Assembly (NCBI GenBank): GCA_016189025.1
Contig: JACPGS010000007.1
Span: forward strand, 1,162 to 65,161
Source of the DNA: Candidatus Magasanikiibacteriota bacterium
GTDB lineage: Bacteria > Patescibacteriota > Patescibacteriia > Magasanikbacterales > GWA2-37-8
Reading direction: 5' to 3'
DNA length: 64,000 bases
Below the pieces are notes generated by a model that saw only the letters and a program-made list of their open reading frames with translations, was not told where the DNA came from and searched no databases. Positions 63,847 through 64,000 of this stretch are shown piece by piece. Each line of letters starts with the position of its first letter. Position 1 is the first letter of the stretch. A program made the position numbers and the translations under genes.

Positions 63847-64000
63847 CTAGGCCGCCGCCACGCGCGGGGTGAGAACGCGACCCGCCGACAGCGCGAGTAC
63901 GAACTCGCACGCCGACTGCGCTTCCTCCTTGTTGCCAAGGAGCGCAGCGAGGTCGTCGCCTGTGATGCCCTGCTTGGTGAGCGCCCGCTGCAGCCTCTCG
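63847..64000 (-). CDS. 3' end of a gene with very high GC3 (partial, function unknown) in a compositionally distinct segment
   Basis: Reverse-strand translation gives ...ERLQRALTKQGITGDDLAALLGNKEEAQSACEFVLALSAGRVLTPRVAAA*. GC is about 72% from about 63540 to the end. Confidence 0.3.
   Translation of the reverse strand, partial: ERLQRALTKQGITGDDLAALLGNKEEAQSACEFVLALSAGRVLTPRVAAA

Noticed and set aside
1-64000. TGA reassignment (as in some Patescibacteria) to explain the in-frame TGA at about 20146
   Set aside because: Many unambiguous genes in the window, for example the 1156..2214 dehydratase, terminate with TGA at the expected position. The standard code applies.

Overview
The window is a bacterial chromosome segment of roughly 58-60% GC. 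Strong Shine-Dalgarno sites are present, and TGA terminates many clear genes, so the genetic code is standard. Codon usage and gene content resemble a high-GC uncultivated lineage, possibly Patescibacteria-like, but that is inference only.

Positions 1-27750 are a long glycan-biosynthesis locus transcribed on one strand. It carries nucleotide-sugar enzymes: a DegT/RfbH-like aminotransferase, an RfbB-like 4,6-dehydratase, GDP-mannose 4,6-dehydratase, UDP-xylose synthase and asparagine synthetase. It also carries reiterated modules of GT2 Dpm1-like polyprenyl-phosphate-sugar synthases, GT-C (PMT/ArnT-like) membrane glycosyltransferases and GT4 transferases. Methyltransferases, an SGNH hydrolase, two O-antigen-ligase/TPR paralogs and a 1263-aa Thr/Ser-rich repeat surface protein lie alongside. 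Together these suggest a lipid-linked sugar system that glycosylates surface protein.

Positions 38-64 kb hold:
- an ECF sigma factor with a putative anti-sigma partner;
- a small HTH regulator with three operator palindromes;
- metK and an aromatic amino acid permease;
- a novel Cys-rich repeat secreted protein next to a DsbA-like oxidoreductase;
- a copper/thiol-disulfide island (CopA, an HMA permease with cupredoxin-like tail, CcdA, a redoxin, Lgt, DUF302);
- tRNA-Val(TAC), an RpoH-like sigma factor, and an abrupt high-GC segment at the 3' edge.

The most striking feature is a dense family of ~185-bp MITE-like repeats: at least 11 copies, with 16-bp terminal inverted repeats and a conserved hairpin core. 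Copies sit in intergenic regions in both orientations and flank low-GC accessory cassettes. One truncated core copy is inserted in-frame inside a GT4 gene, much as Rickettsia palindromic elements are. A second, smaller repeat family (three copies) also sits in-frame in a GT4 gene. Two glycosyltransferase genes look disrupted, one by a 28-bp tandem duplication and one by an in-frame TGA. No rRNA or CRISPR was seen.
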